From Octopus sinensis (lineage: Eukaryota): a DNA stretch of 64,000 nucleotides. A program made the position numbers and the translations under genes. The stretch lies in assembly GCF_006345805.1 (NCBI RefSeq), contig NC_043015.1:36580001-36644000 (forward strand), given 5' to 3'. The first letter of the stretch is position 1, and the number at the start of each line of letters is the position of its first letter. Under the pieces are notes generated by a model that did not search any database, was not told the origin of the DNA, and was given only the letters and a program-made list of their open reading frames with translations. Below, piece after piece: positions 26,801 through 39,738 of this stretch.

Positions 26801-27549
26801 ATTAATATTAATTTATTTTAATCATGTTTCCCGGTATTTCTGCAAAACAATGAAGTGAATACAAATATTGGAAATGTTTTTGAGTTGCATAAAGTGAAAC
26901 AAAAGCAACATTTTCAATAGCATAATTCCTCCCGTAATTACTCTGCCCCTTCCACTCTCTTACTTCACCTCTTCCTCTGCGATTATTTGTTTCTCACTGT
27001 ATGTGAGGCTGTAGCATTTTCTTACTCATTGCCTGTCACCTAGCCGTGCATTAATCCAGCACATCCTGTAGTAACCCTTTCTGTATACTGCTTTTGCTTT
27101 CTCTCTCCCTCTTCCACCTTCACTCCCTCCTCTCTCTGCCTCATTCACTCCCCACCTCTCTCTCTCTACGATGTGCGACTGGAGAATCGGACAATAAACG
27201 CACTGCCCGTTAGTTTATAGATTTACAACCAAACGAACAATTTAAAAGACAGCAGCCTAATCGCCCGGAGTCAAATCACAACGCCACAAAAACTGACAGA
27301 ACACCGTAGAAATCATAACTCTAAGAATCCTCAAAATATGAGAGAACTGTTTGAATATTTTTGCTGACAGATCATCACGTTAAACTTTGGAAGTCAACCC
27401 GAAACAATATCCTTTGTATAGAGATATCTTAGGTTATAGGGTAACAGTCATTTACTAGGTATACGGCCGATATATTTAAGCGATCTCACGGATGGCGATG
27501 GGTTACCACTGAGCTTTTCTTCGTATTCACAACAGTCTGGTGTCAGATA

Positions 27550-28062
27550 TCTATATATATAAAACTGTAGTTGTGTGAGTGTCTGTCCCCTTCGATTTAG
27601 ATTCCTAACTACTCCCACATTTTGCGGTGCAGTTTAACCAAATTCGGGTATCTTATAGTCGTGATTCATATCGAGCCCGTCTGAGTATTAGCGCGCGTCT
27701 ACGATGAGTCTACGATTTAAAAAATAATTTAACATCATATTTTATTCCATTTTAATGCATAATTTTTCGTGTGTCGATGGCGGCGGAGTTGGCGTCCATG
27801 GTCACACCTGCACCTGTTTGCTTCTCACCCTTCTTCCCTCCCTCGTGAAGCTGTGGGGAAGGGAGTGTAAGGAAATCAACGTCGTAAAGCGTTATCAAGG
27901 AGACCAGCGTTCTTTTAGAACAACGACTTCATGGCTTGAAGACACCAAAACAGAAATGGCTAAGAAAGCCCGAATTGGCATCTATAAGGGAAGTAACTCT
28001 CTAAAAATGCTTATATAGTTATTTCCCTTACAAACCCGAGCAACGCCGGGCGATACTGCTAG
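27550..28062 (+). mobile_element. Non-autonomous Helitron, apparently complete (513 bp)
   Basis: 5' TC (a|TCtatatatataaa), subterminal GC-rich hairpin cccgagcaacgccggg at 28035-28050, 3' CTAG|t; inserted between A and T with no TSD. Confidence 0.85.
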
Positions 28063-28070
28063 TATATATA

Positions 28071-28155
<85 letters not shown>
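28063..28155. repeat. (AT)n microsatellite
   Basis: Direct reading. Confidence 0.95.
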
Positions 28156-28158
<3 letters not shown>

Positions 28159-29002
28159 TTTATGCTTTATGTATTTGTTTTGTAAGATTCCTGATGTGAA
28201 ATCGTGTGTTGAAACAGATGTTGTTATTTTTCGGATGGTCATATTTTTTTCTAAAGAAACACGCGTATTTCATATTCGTTCTCCGCTTCAGATTTCTTTT
28301 ATTATTGTTCTTATTGTATGTCCTGTGTCTGGAAATCGTTCAACAAACATCATGGGACCTCCATCCCACATATCTCCTCTTGTCCTGCTTCGTCCAAAAT
28401 TGCAGCATTTGATATTTCTAGCAAGCATCAATCAGTATGAAGCCTCTAGTTATTTTGCATGCGTAGGATTTTTTTTTGTTTAACACTGAGTAAGCACCAT
28501 CAGGTTATTCCCTTAAATATTTGTTCTAGCACTGAAATTGTGATCCATAAAATTCCTTGCAGTTCTTTTGAACAGCACAACATAAATAGTCGGTTTTACT
28601 ACGTCACATCGTTGTATTTGCAAGTAATAAGATAAATCTTTAGCAGGAATCCACTGTTGGACGAAGAGAGAAGGTCAGCAGCAGGAGCCGCAGCAGCAGC
28701 AGCGCGTAGAAAACGAGGCGTAAATTTCAATATATTTTGGATATCTTCGTCAGGTTTATCAATTATAAGTCTCGAAGGCAGCAGAGATATGTCTGTCATG
28801 TTGGTGTGTGTATGTGTGTGTGTGCGTGTGTAGGTTTGCACGAGTGCATGTGTATGGGCTTCTGTGCCTGTGTGTGCGCTGATGTGTGTGTGTGTGTGTT
28901 TGTACTGTTAGTGAACAGCATCAGTAAATCTTTTCCAGTGATGTTGAAACAGCGTGCTTTGCAATTAGAAGCCACTGCAGCGAAAACTTCCGTACAGATA
29001 AC

Positions 29003-29005
<3 letters not shown>

Positions 29006-29098
<93 letters not shown>

Positions 29099-29132
29099 GT
29101 GTGTTCGCGTGTGTGTGTGTGTGTGTGTGTGT
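29006..29132. repeat. (GT)n microsatellite
   Basis: Direct reading. Confidence 0.95.
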
Positions 29133-29773
29133 ACCAATGGACATCATTATTGGCTACAAACATTTATTGCAAATGGATATTTTCTTTCAAGACTGACAGA
29201 GAGTAAAGTAGGAAGATAAGGGAAACAAATAACTGAAAAGTTAAACCAAGCTAATAGCTTCAATGATTTGTTTGTTGTGCTTTTCTCTTCTCTTCTCCTT
29301 TTTCATTTCACAACAGTATTGGCCGTGAAACGGAACCAACGGTATCGTATTAGAAGCACTTACCACAATCTAACCACCAGTGATATTGATATTAAGTGAT
29401 TTACTACCATAATAAGTGCTAGACCAAAACCATCGCTTTGTTTATCACCTCCATCTGGATCTTGGGTGTGTTTAACTGAGCTGCAAGCAAGCAATCATGA
29501 AAGGCTTCATGTCAATGAAAGAAAAGAAACTCATAAATTGATCCGCTTTCTTCCGCTGCAACAGAAAACCTTGTTTTCTGGTCTGTTCGTTTCTTTTATT
29601 CGCCGAGTTTAAGAAATTGTACAAAGGGGAGATGATTTGTTCTTCCTCCTCTGAACAGTTGTCCGAAAGTAACTGACGATGGACGATATTCATAGATGAC
29701 GTTCACGAAAACAATAACAGTATTGCGTTGGTCACACTCATTCTTTATCTCTCTCCCGCTCTGTTTTCAAGGT

Positions 29774-29806
<33 letters not shown>

Positions 29807-31047
29807 ACACACGCGCACACACACATTTTGCCCCACTCTCCTCCTCTCTCTCACGCACGCACACATACATAGTTAAGAGCTTTAACATCCTTCCTGGCTC
29901 AACAAGGAACGGTGCATATTCTCTGTACAGGACCAAGGCTAATGCCTGCGATGGTTAACAAAGAGCTTTCCGTACATTTATCGTGATGTCACATTATATA
30001 ATGATAAAATTTGAATATAAGTATCCTAAGTTACTGATGGATACATAGACAGATAGAATAAAGGGCGTGAGGGCGTTATAGGGCGAGTGAGAGGGAGAGA
30101 GGATATTCTAAGTAGCTGAGGAACAGAACACGTGAATGAGAGTTAAGGAATGAGTCGTATGTAAAATATTGCTTTTGAAGTCACGTATCTGGTTATTAAA
30201 TTTAGCAATGTTGTGGGTCAATTCTATAGTCCCTTTCCCCCAAAATTCAATTTTTCCTTAGGTTATCCACCTCGCAAAAATGGGAGAAAAAAGAACATGT
30301 TTTAAATGCGATCGGAAAGGGAAGTAACTCAAAACGGAAATATCCTTTCACAGACGCAATAACAAATTTTCCCAATCCATATATTCGATTGCACGCTGTC
30401 AATACATTTATTTTCATGCATAAAAGAGAGAACCACAGCGTTCGCTGGAAATACGAGAAACAGCAAGTAAATACCCTCGATTAAAAATGTATTGAATTGA
30501 AAACGAAGGCCATCGTAGTGAATCTGATCTTAAACAAACACAATATTGAAGGGACGGTGACGGCTGGAGTGTTTGGAGTCAAATGTCATAATAATCTTAT
30601 GTAAGCTGAACGGAACACAGCATGCTAGAAATGGCACCAAATAAAGTGCTCTCGAATAGAAGTGTTTACACTTCAGAAAATGGAGTCTGATGTCAGCAAA
30701 GGAAATAGTACACTGAAGTGAAAAGACTTAGTCTAAGGATTTCTTAAGAGTCGCCATGGAATAAACATCTAAGCAAAACTACAATAAAAAACCGTGTGTT
30801 GTTAATGTAGGCATAGGATAAATTTTGCACTATAATGCTATTCCAAATTGCTTAAGATTTGTTGACTTACATTTGGACGAATCTCTACGTTGTCATATTT
30901 CGGGTGCAAAATGTACAAACAATAACAGAGTCTGCTAAATGGAATTTTGTAATCACATACATACACACACAAACATACAAACACACAAGTCACTAGTATA
31001 CAAGTACACAATCACACACACGCATGCACACACACATATATATATGT

Positions 31048-31091
<44 letters not shown>

Positions 31092-31097
<6 letters not shown>

Positions 31098-31675
31098 AGG
31101 TTTGGAGATGATGTACAGGTATTATATATTAGAAGAAATGAGGTAATCAGAAGATCGGATGGTTCATATTTATAGATATTTATTTATATATTACATTTTT
31201 TACATATATATATCATATCATTCAGATCATATCATTCGGATTATTAGCGCTTTCTCCCATTCCAGTGGGGTTTTCAAATCAAATTAATCCCTTTGTGGGG
31301 AATTTGATCATTTTATAGAGTTTCGTAGTAGTGGGGACGAACAAGACAGTATAAGAGGGTGAGGTGGGTGAGGAGGAAGTGAGAGAGAGAACATGTATGT
31401 ATGTTTGTGTGTGTGTGTGTATGTGTGTATGTGTGTGCGCGTGCGCGTTTGTATCTGAGGCTAAAGAGAAAAAAAGGGGAGGGGAGAGGGAAGAAGAAGG
31501 ATTTCCTTTGGCCTGCTGGACCCCCTAGGGTTTTCTAAGAATTTTAGCTCTCTGTCCATTCTGGTGTCACTGAGTGTGTGTTGGTGGGTAGGCTGGCCAG
31601 AACTTACACCTTTTATGAATTTGGGGATGGACAAATGTCATTTGGGGTCATACTTTGTATGATCGTTTTGTGGAG
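31092..31675 (-). mobile_element. Probable Penelope-like element 3' relic (possible GIY-YIG tail, UTR and HHR)
   Basis: The minus strand reads a weak RMDRELKFLE..G stretch resembling a GIY-YIG C-terminus, then a UTR, an HHR-like motif at 31238-31290 and an AT-rich tail ending at (TA)n. Confidence 0.4.
31238..31290 (-). ncRNA. Degenerate type-I hammerhead motif
   Basis: ggatt-aatttg-at TTGAAAA cccc-actggaat-ggga GAAA gcgc TA at-aatcc. Palindromic stem III (AGCGCT) and two core substitutions. Confidence 0.5.
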
Positions 31676-31719
31676 GTGTGTATGTGTGTGTGTCTCTGTG
31701 TGTCCGTGTGTGCGTGTGT

Positions 31720-31880
31720 GTCTTTGTGTTTGGAGAAGGGGTGAGAGACAAAAAGAGAAAAAGGAAAATAAAAATAAAAATAAATATAAAAATAAAAATA
31801 TTTTTATTTTTATATTTATTTTTATTTTTATTTTCCCTTTTCTCTTTTTGTCTCTCTCCCCTTCTCCAAACACACAGAGA
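31720..31880. repeat. Spacer-less palindrome with arms of about 80 bp
   Basis: Centre aaaaat|attttt at 31799/31800; the arms pair with only about 3 mismatches. Confidence 0.9.
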
Positions 31881-31998
31881 CGCACACACACACGCACACA
31901 AACACACACGGATCCACACAGACTTGGTCTTGTCGCATTTTATTTAACGCACACACAAATATACACAAATATACAAGGGATGGAGGAGATAATATCCG

Positions 31999-32082
31999 GG
32001 CTACATATGTATCATAGTGAGCGGAACCTCGGAAGTGGTAAATATCCAAGCAAGGTGCATAACGTAGGCTACACTTCAGGCC
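31999..32082 (-). ncRNA. Degenerate type-I hammerhead motif
   Basis: ggc CTGAAGT gtag...ctat GATA catatg TA gcc. Stems I, II and III are in place, with core changes A9U and A14U. Confidence 0.5.
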
Positions 32083-32359
32083 AAGGGTATCTTGATGAAA
32101 TATATATATGTGTGTGTATGTGTGTGTGTGAGTGTGTGTGTGTGTGTGTGGTGTGTGTGTGTGTACATATAACCTGTGGAAAAGTGTCTCTTAAACAAGC
32201 TTCATTAAATACACGAATGAGTTTCAGCTTAATGTCTTTTTATTTTAAATTTTAAGTATTTCTAATGCTTTACAAAGCTAGTTTCCAACACTAACGTTCC
32301 TAACTTCATATATACATACTTACATACATATGTAAGTAATTTTATATATATATATATGT

Positions 32360-32438
<79 letters not shown>

Positions 32439-33192
32439 GTACACGCATGCATACCTACATATATTCATATACTTATATCAACATATAAAAGTACGCGTGT
32501 GTGTGTGTGTATCAACGTATCTGTACATCAATAATCAACAAGCATAAAAATATTTCAATTATATCAATTAGATTTGTAACAATTATATTCTTTATCTTCG
32601 TTAAATTTTAAATTAATTTCATCATCTTACTCAGTGCAGTCTGGTTACTTTGTGTTTTCACTTTGTTAATTCTCCGACATTGATTAACTTGTAAAGTACT
32701 GAGAAAAGATTTACTTTCTTTCATTTTCTATTATATTTTATATTTCGTTTCTAGATTTTTTTCTTTGTTGTTTATATATAATTATATTCCTATATTTTAG
32801 ATAAAAGTCGCATTTTGTATTTGCATGTAACACTGATGTGATGTGTGATTTCATTCATTTCGTTATTAATTAGAACCTCAAACTGGGTATCGGTCTGGCG
32901 AGAGAGACTGCGCAGATGTTGGACACAGAGAAATGAATTCTCTCACTCTACCACAAACACACACAAACACACATACAACACACACAGAACACACACAGAC
33001 ACGTACACACACACACACACACAAAAACCCAACACGCACACACGCACATCTACTTATCTCTTACGCACACTTACCTTCTGTACTTTTGAATATGTGTGGC
33101 TGTGTGTGTATGTAAAATTTACACACGCGTAGATACAATTGCACACACACACATACATACATACGCACACATTCATAATTATATGTATATAT

Positions 33193-33228
<36 letters not shown>

Positions 33229-33421
33229 CTATTCAGAAAGAATGTACCGATTTCATTATGCAATACTTAAACAAGGAAAAGCAATAAAAAAACTCCAGCT
33301 GATTCACAAGTATTTACTCACAATCAACTTTTATTTCCTGTCTTAGGACTGTTCAATGTGGACACCACCTGCAACAAGGGCAATAGCAATACGATAAGAG
33401 AATCCCTCCCAGATACGTATC

Positions 33422-33648
33422 TATTTCTATTTCTTTACTACCCACAAGGGGCTAAACAGAGAGAGGACAAACAAGGACAGACACACGGATTAAGTCGATT
33501 ACATCGACCCCAGTGCGTAACTGGTACTTAATTTATCGACCCCGAAAGGATGAAAGGCGAAGTCAACCTCGGCGGAATTTGAACTCAGAACGTAGCGACA
33601 AACGGAATACGGCTACGCATTTCGCCCGGCGTGCTAACGTTTCTGCCA
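33422..33648 (-). mobile_element. tRNA-derived SINE family A, near full length, with target-site duplication
   Basis: Head tggcagaaacgttagcacgccgggcg, box-B-like gagttcaaattcc and core gcctttcatcctttcggggtcgataaattaagtaccag; flanked by the direct repeat CCAGATACGTATC (33409-33421 and 33646-33658). Confidence 0.9.
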
Positions 33649-34074
33649 GATACGTATCGGCGTATCATCATCCACTGAATTGATTGCTGCTGTGTTATTT
33701 TTTAAGGTGGGGATACGTAAAATGTCGCGTCCACTCAGTGGACCGTGTTATGCTGATAGGTGTCTAGGAGGGATTCCCTTATGGCATTGATGTTGCCCGT
33801 ACTGCGGGTTGTGGCCACATTCAACTCTTGTAAGACAGAAAATAAAAGTTGATTTTGCGTAAGATCATAGCTGGAAGAAGAAAGAGTCAACGTAACAAAT
33901 ATGGTATTAGCTCTCACACTCATTATTATGTACTAAAGAACTAAGTACATATATATATATATATAGATATATATATATATATATACTTGATTGATTGATT
34001 GATTGATTGAAATGGTAAGACAAAAAAGAATGAAAGAGACCTCGATTATCGACATATATATTATATATATATAT

Positions 34075-34106
<32 letters not shown>

Positions 34107-34402
34107 ATATGGATGTATGTTTGTATGTAGTATATCAAAGATATGTACATATGTATGTGTATATGTATGTATATTGTGAAGGACTAAATACAAAGATGCT
34201 TGTACATATTTTCACATAAGTCAAAGTAATATTTAAGGAACACTATTATGAGAAGGCGTCGGGAAATAGAAAATGCAAAGACATAAACGATGAAACACTT
34301 GTATATTTTTCCTGTCTTCATATCTATCTATTAATCTATCTCTCTCTCATTCTCACTCTCTCATTCTATTTGTGTCTGTGAGTAATATATGTACATGTGT
34401 GT

Positions 34403-34434
<32 letters not shown>

Positions 34435-35089
34435 TTATATGTACAGAATGGTTTATTATAGTTATGTATACCCTGTTGCTGAGAAAACGAAAAACGGGAA
34501 ATCAATTTTCGTTATAGAAATTCCTCAAACGATTTTCATTTAACATATTCACTGTAATGCGCACAACCTTACATAGATACAGACAGACACACACTCCGAT
34601 AGACACACACACTCACACTCACACACACACACACACACACACACACCACACATACACACACAGACAAACATACACATATATAATAGATATATGTGCATAT
34701 TCATGCAAATATAAATGCGTGTCTGTGGGTGTGTGTGACTGTAGATTTAAGCGTGTATAACTGCGCGCTTCGATGCATATTTGCTTCTGTTACATTAACA
34801 TCAATTTTGCCCATTCATTCCCTTATATCTACGCCGTAAAAAAACAACTTGTCGAATGTATACGTGCATTACAAATATATATATATTATATATATATATA
34901 TTAATATATATAGATATAGATATAGATATATACATGCATGTATGTATATAGTTGCATAAATACAAATATATATATTATATATACACATACACACACACAT
35001 ATATATTATATATATATATATATATATTATATATATGCCTATATGTATATATGTGTATGCATGTTATATGTATATATATATCTATGTGC

Positions 35090-35123
<34 letters not shown>

Positions 35124-35128
35124 ATGTG

Positions 35129-35179
<51 letters not shown>

Positions 35180-35180
35180 A

Positions 35181-35225
<45 letters not shown>

Positions 35226-35230
35226 ATGTG

Positions 35231-35283
<53 letters not shown>

Positions 35284-35744
35284 ATGTAAACATGTACTTA
35301 TGCATTATTTCTTGTTTCTTTTTATTCTTCCGATTTTAAATTTTCCTTATTTTTTTAATTAAATTCCCGTTGACCGCTTTTCGCATATCCCTTTAACCTT
35401 GAAATGTGCCGGCCTTTGTCAAGCATGTATGCAATAATTGTTACCGTTTGAATGCTGTATTCTTCAAACTTGCTTATCTCTGGAAACGGTCTATTATAAG
35501 TGATTATTTAATTTAATTTCGAATTCTTTAGGTCTTTGCTATAATTCAGATTAGCTTTACTGCGAATCGTATTCATAAACGTTGACCTTTTTTCGGAAAC
35601 GCGTCACCGAAACGAGAAAAAAAAAAAGAAAAAAGAAAAGTCAAAGAGAGAAAATAATGATAAAAATGTAATAAGGAAACAATATAACAATGTTTTTTTC
35701 TAACTCACTTCTGTGAAGAGAAATAAAATATTTACAAAAGAAAC

Positions 35745-35762
35745 TAATGATAATAATGATAC

Positions 35763-35816
<54 letters not shown>

Positions 35817-36013
35817 TAATAATAATTAGACGAAGAAAAATGATATTAAAAAGCAGTAAATGCAGGAGAAGCAACATGTACTACCACAACAAAACCAACA
35901 TCAACTTCATTACCAACACATCCACCTGTACCACCAGCACTACCGCCACAACCACAACCAATAGCAATATGAACAACGTCAATAACAACAACAACAGCAA
36001 TCCGAAAAATAGA

Positions 36014-36084
<71 letters not shown>

Positions 36085-36090
36085 TAATAA
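35745..36090. repeat. (AAT)n-rich compound microsatellite
   Basis: Direct reading. Confidence 0.9.
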
Positions 36091-37439
36091 GAATAGTGAA
36101 CTGCATTATAGAGTGATTTAGGATCGAGTGAAAAATTATCGATTAGTTTTCGTCGGCCGGAATCTAATTTTTTCTTAGATTTCTTCTTTTTTTTTTATCT
36201 GCGCTTGGTTAATTTGCTTCAGACATTTTCTGGTTGATGGTAATTTGTTTTAGTCGTTCATTTTTAAACTGATAAATTCAAAGGAATAGCAAAAACAATG
36301 AGAGAGAGGGAAAGAAAAACAAAGAGAGAGAATGAGATAAAGAGTAACAGAGATATTGGGAGAGAAAGAGAGAGAAAGAGTGTGTGAGAGAGAGAGAGAG
36401 AAAGAGAAAGAGAGAGAGAGGAACAAAACTGTAGATAGAACATTATCGAACCGGATGTGGGTATGGTAAGGAGTGAATGCATTCTGACCTAAGCTACAGT
36501 GAAGAAACATTCATGAATGTTAGAACACAACCAAATACACGCACGCGAGCGCACACGCACGCACGCAGAGAGATACTGACACACACATACACAGAGATAT
36601 ACACCCACATATACACAAACATTTATATATGTAATCGAATCTGTTGGCAGAACACGACGATTGTTGCCTAGAGTACTCTTTAAATTCGATGCGTTTTGAT
36701 CGAAAATTAACCTGTAAAATTTCCGGGATTCTGAATACTTTCATATTCTTTTAACATGCCCCTTCATACATCCTGATTCAAATTTCTCATTTGATTGGTA
36801 TGTCAGGAGATCCATAATTTGTTGTAATGATCTGGCCTCAGAAATTCTATCAATGAATTATAAGACAAAATAAATTCTAATTATTTCAACGACAAACAAG
36901 TTCGAACAATGATATAACAAACAGAGTCCTCGTATAAAAAATCTACCTTTAACTTTGATAAGCACCCTTTAAGTCTCCGTACACTTAATAGAATAATATT
37001 AAACCCCCTCCCCCAATAGGAAATCTAAATAGCAAAGTAAAATCAGTGATAAGCAGTATAACCGTGAATAAATATTAACTACTACCATTTTTCTGTTGAT
37101 GAAACTGGTTTCTCTGTCTATCTACTTTCCCTCTTTGTGATGTTGGTAAATGGAATAAGTATAAAAATGAATCTTTTCAATTTAACTAAAATGTTATGTT
37201 TATATGCAGCTGAAGATTGCTCTACATTTTAAAACTGTTGTAATACTTGCATTGTTTAATTAAATGAAGTCGCATGAAACGATCGTACTGCAATACCTTT
37301 GAATATCCTTCTTGCTTATTTTTATTATAATCACCACATTTTGAATTATATGGATAATACCATACCAAATTCTGGTGCCTTTAACTCAAGTACCATAATT
37401 AACTGAATCTAATTTTTTACTGAACTTATACATATATAT

Positions 37440-37680
37440 ATCACCGTGATCACCGTGACCGACCAGGCTATCAGATGTTGCTACACATCGCTGGTCACAA
37501 TGCGCTTCGCATCCTTTTAGCCTTCAAATGACGCCAGCCCGCTGGCTAAGCGAGCAGGCCAACAGAAGAAAGTGTGAGAGGAAGTTACGGCGAAAGAGTA
37601 CAGCAGGGATTGCCACCACCCCCTGCCGGAGCTTTGTGGAGCTTTAGGTGTTTTCGCTCAATAAACACTCACAACGCCCT
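37440..37680 (-). mobile_element. GC-rich interspersed repeat (SINE-like family C, truncated)
   Basis: GC-rich block (tcaccgtgatcaccgtgaccgaccaggctatcagatg..gctcaataaacactcacaacgccc) that I recognise as a common octopus repeat; sharp boundaries. Confidence 0.55.
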
Positions 37681-39088
37681 GTACAGAGCTCACACACACA
37701 CACACATATATACACACACGCAATTTCAGAGATACCTACATATAGCGAATTATTACAAAAGTATTACGATATATTTACATTGATATATCCGGTGATATAG
37801 AATAAAACGCCATTTCATACATTAAATATCGTATACGAGTCCGTTTGTCACTTTTCAAAATGGCTGCATCTTCTTATATGAGCTGATTCATTACAGTTTG
37901 AGGCCACCTGAGATTTTCACATCGTAAATTCTTTCGCAACGTCGACTGATAAATTAATTTTATTTGTATCTTTAATATAAAACAAACCACAAAACGAAAG
38001 AAAACAAAAGCAAAATAAAATATGATAGAATTGATATTCTTTGTGTAAAATCGGGTGATTATAAAATTCTGATATGAAGAAAGTTTCTTGGATATAAAAC
38101 GACTCCCTGGGACATACAGCAATATTATTGTGGTTGCTCAAATAATTCTTCCAGAATTTGAAGCAAACCTTTCAGCTTTCAAGAACAATTAACCGTAAAA
38201 ATGTTAAGTTAAAACGTCAATATAGAATTCCTCTCCCCCATCTGGGATGTTGTTGATCTTACATCGGTTTTAGATCAAACACAGTTAGAGCGTGTTTCCT
38301 TCAAAACAATATTCCGACTTTGTATGGTATTCTGCCTCAGTGGCCTTTTCTAATTTGAAACAGTCTAATTTGAAACAGTCTAATTTGGACATTCTTTATG
38401 CACACCCGAGCCAAGGGACTTTTCACCGCTCCCTGCCTTTGAGATTCTCATACCAAATTCACAATTTATTAACTACTTCTGTTGAAATTGCTTGTATCTC
38501 GTATCAGCAACTGTCCGCACATCTTCCTGATACGCAGCTAATCATCCCATTTCTACCTCATCGATGCCTACTATATCTTGCTTTTTCGGTGTTCCAAATT
38601 TGTGTAGAAATCTAATTGGAGATTTTTTTTCCCCTGAGAAATCCTTCTAAGTTTTCTTTGTAATTTAGTTCTTCGCAAAACATCTCCCGCAACTCCTCGC
38701 TGATCCCTTTTGCAAGTACAAGTTGTTCGATTGTAGTTTCAGTCAGACTAGGACTGGATATTTTCAAAAATATCCGGTTTGCTGCAGGTAAGTATCTTTT
38801 CATAAATTGAGCTCTTTAAATTTCCTTCAAAATTTTTGGTCTAATTCCTTGTTTAATTTCATGGAATTTTTGAACACATGTGGGCGCGTTTAACGCTACT
38901 TGCTTCACCAACACCAATCTATGACATTTCAAGAAGGCTTTGACTTTACGTTGGATTTCTTCATTCTGGCATATCCTACATACACGGTGTTATGCTGTTT
39001 TCCCCCATGTTCACTTTTTATCAGTATGTATATATATATATATATACACACACACACCACACACACACACACACACACAGACATATAT

Positions 39089-39124
<36 letters not shown>

Positions 39125-39131
39125 ATCATAT

Positions 39132-39418
39132 ATATATAATAGACAAGTTAAAAAATCCCCAGCAATGACTCTGGCGAAGGTATCATTAATTTTCTTAGGA
39201 CTTTCATTTTACCTCAATTGGGTAAGATAAAGTGAAATATCTAAAAAAATTAATGATACCAATAAACCAATGGTGTAAACTTATCCACAATTAATGTTAC
39301 CAATAAACCAATTGAGTAAACCTATCTATAATGACTACTGGGAACACCTGTAAGCCAAATTTGCTTTAATAAAGGAGTTAGACGTAGTGACCATTACTTT
39401 CACTTGTCTATTATATAT
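39132..39418. mobile_element. Fold-back or MITE-like element with 17-bp terminal inverted repeats
   Basis: atatataatagacaagt / acttgtctattatatat; internal hairpin at 39179-39260 and an internal 41-bp tandem repeat. Confidence 0.55.
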
Positions 39419-39569
39419 CACTGTAAAAACTAGTTTGTCTGGAACACGTCTACGGATTTACAATATAGAATCGTGATGAATCATGAGGGAGGACACTACC
39501 AAACTATTACATGGAGTCCTTCATTAATCTAAGTAATATTGTTAGCACACACACACATATAAACATATG

Positions 39570-39611
<42 letters not shown>

Positions 39612-39693
39612 CATTCATCCATGTGGAAAGGAATATAAGTATATATTTATGTATTTATAACGAATACATACATACTATATACAATGCGCACAC

Positions 39694-39738
<45 letters not shown>

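Noticed and set aside
29670-29725. CTGACGA..GAAA..TA resembling a hammerhead
   Set aside because: Stem II is out of register, and there is no stem III or stem I pairing.
33560-33648. tRNA-like box A/B sequence
   Set aside because: It is a SINE head with a TSD and no cloverleaf, so not a tRNA gene.
38100-38880. Complex sequence with short ORFs, possibly a transposon protein relic
   Set aside because: No motif I could assign; left unannotated.
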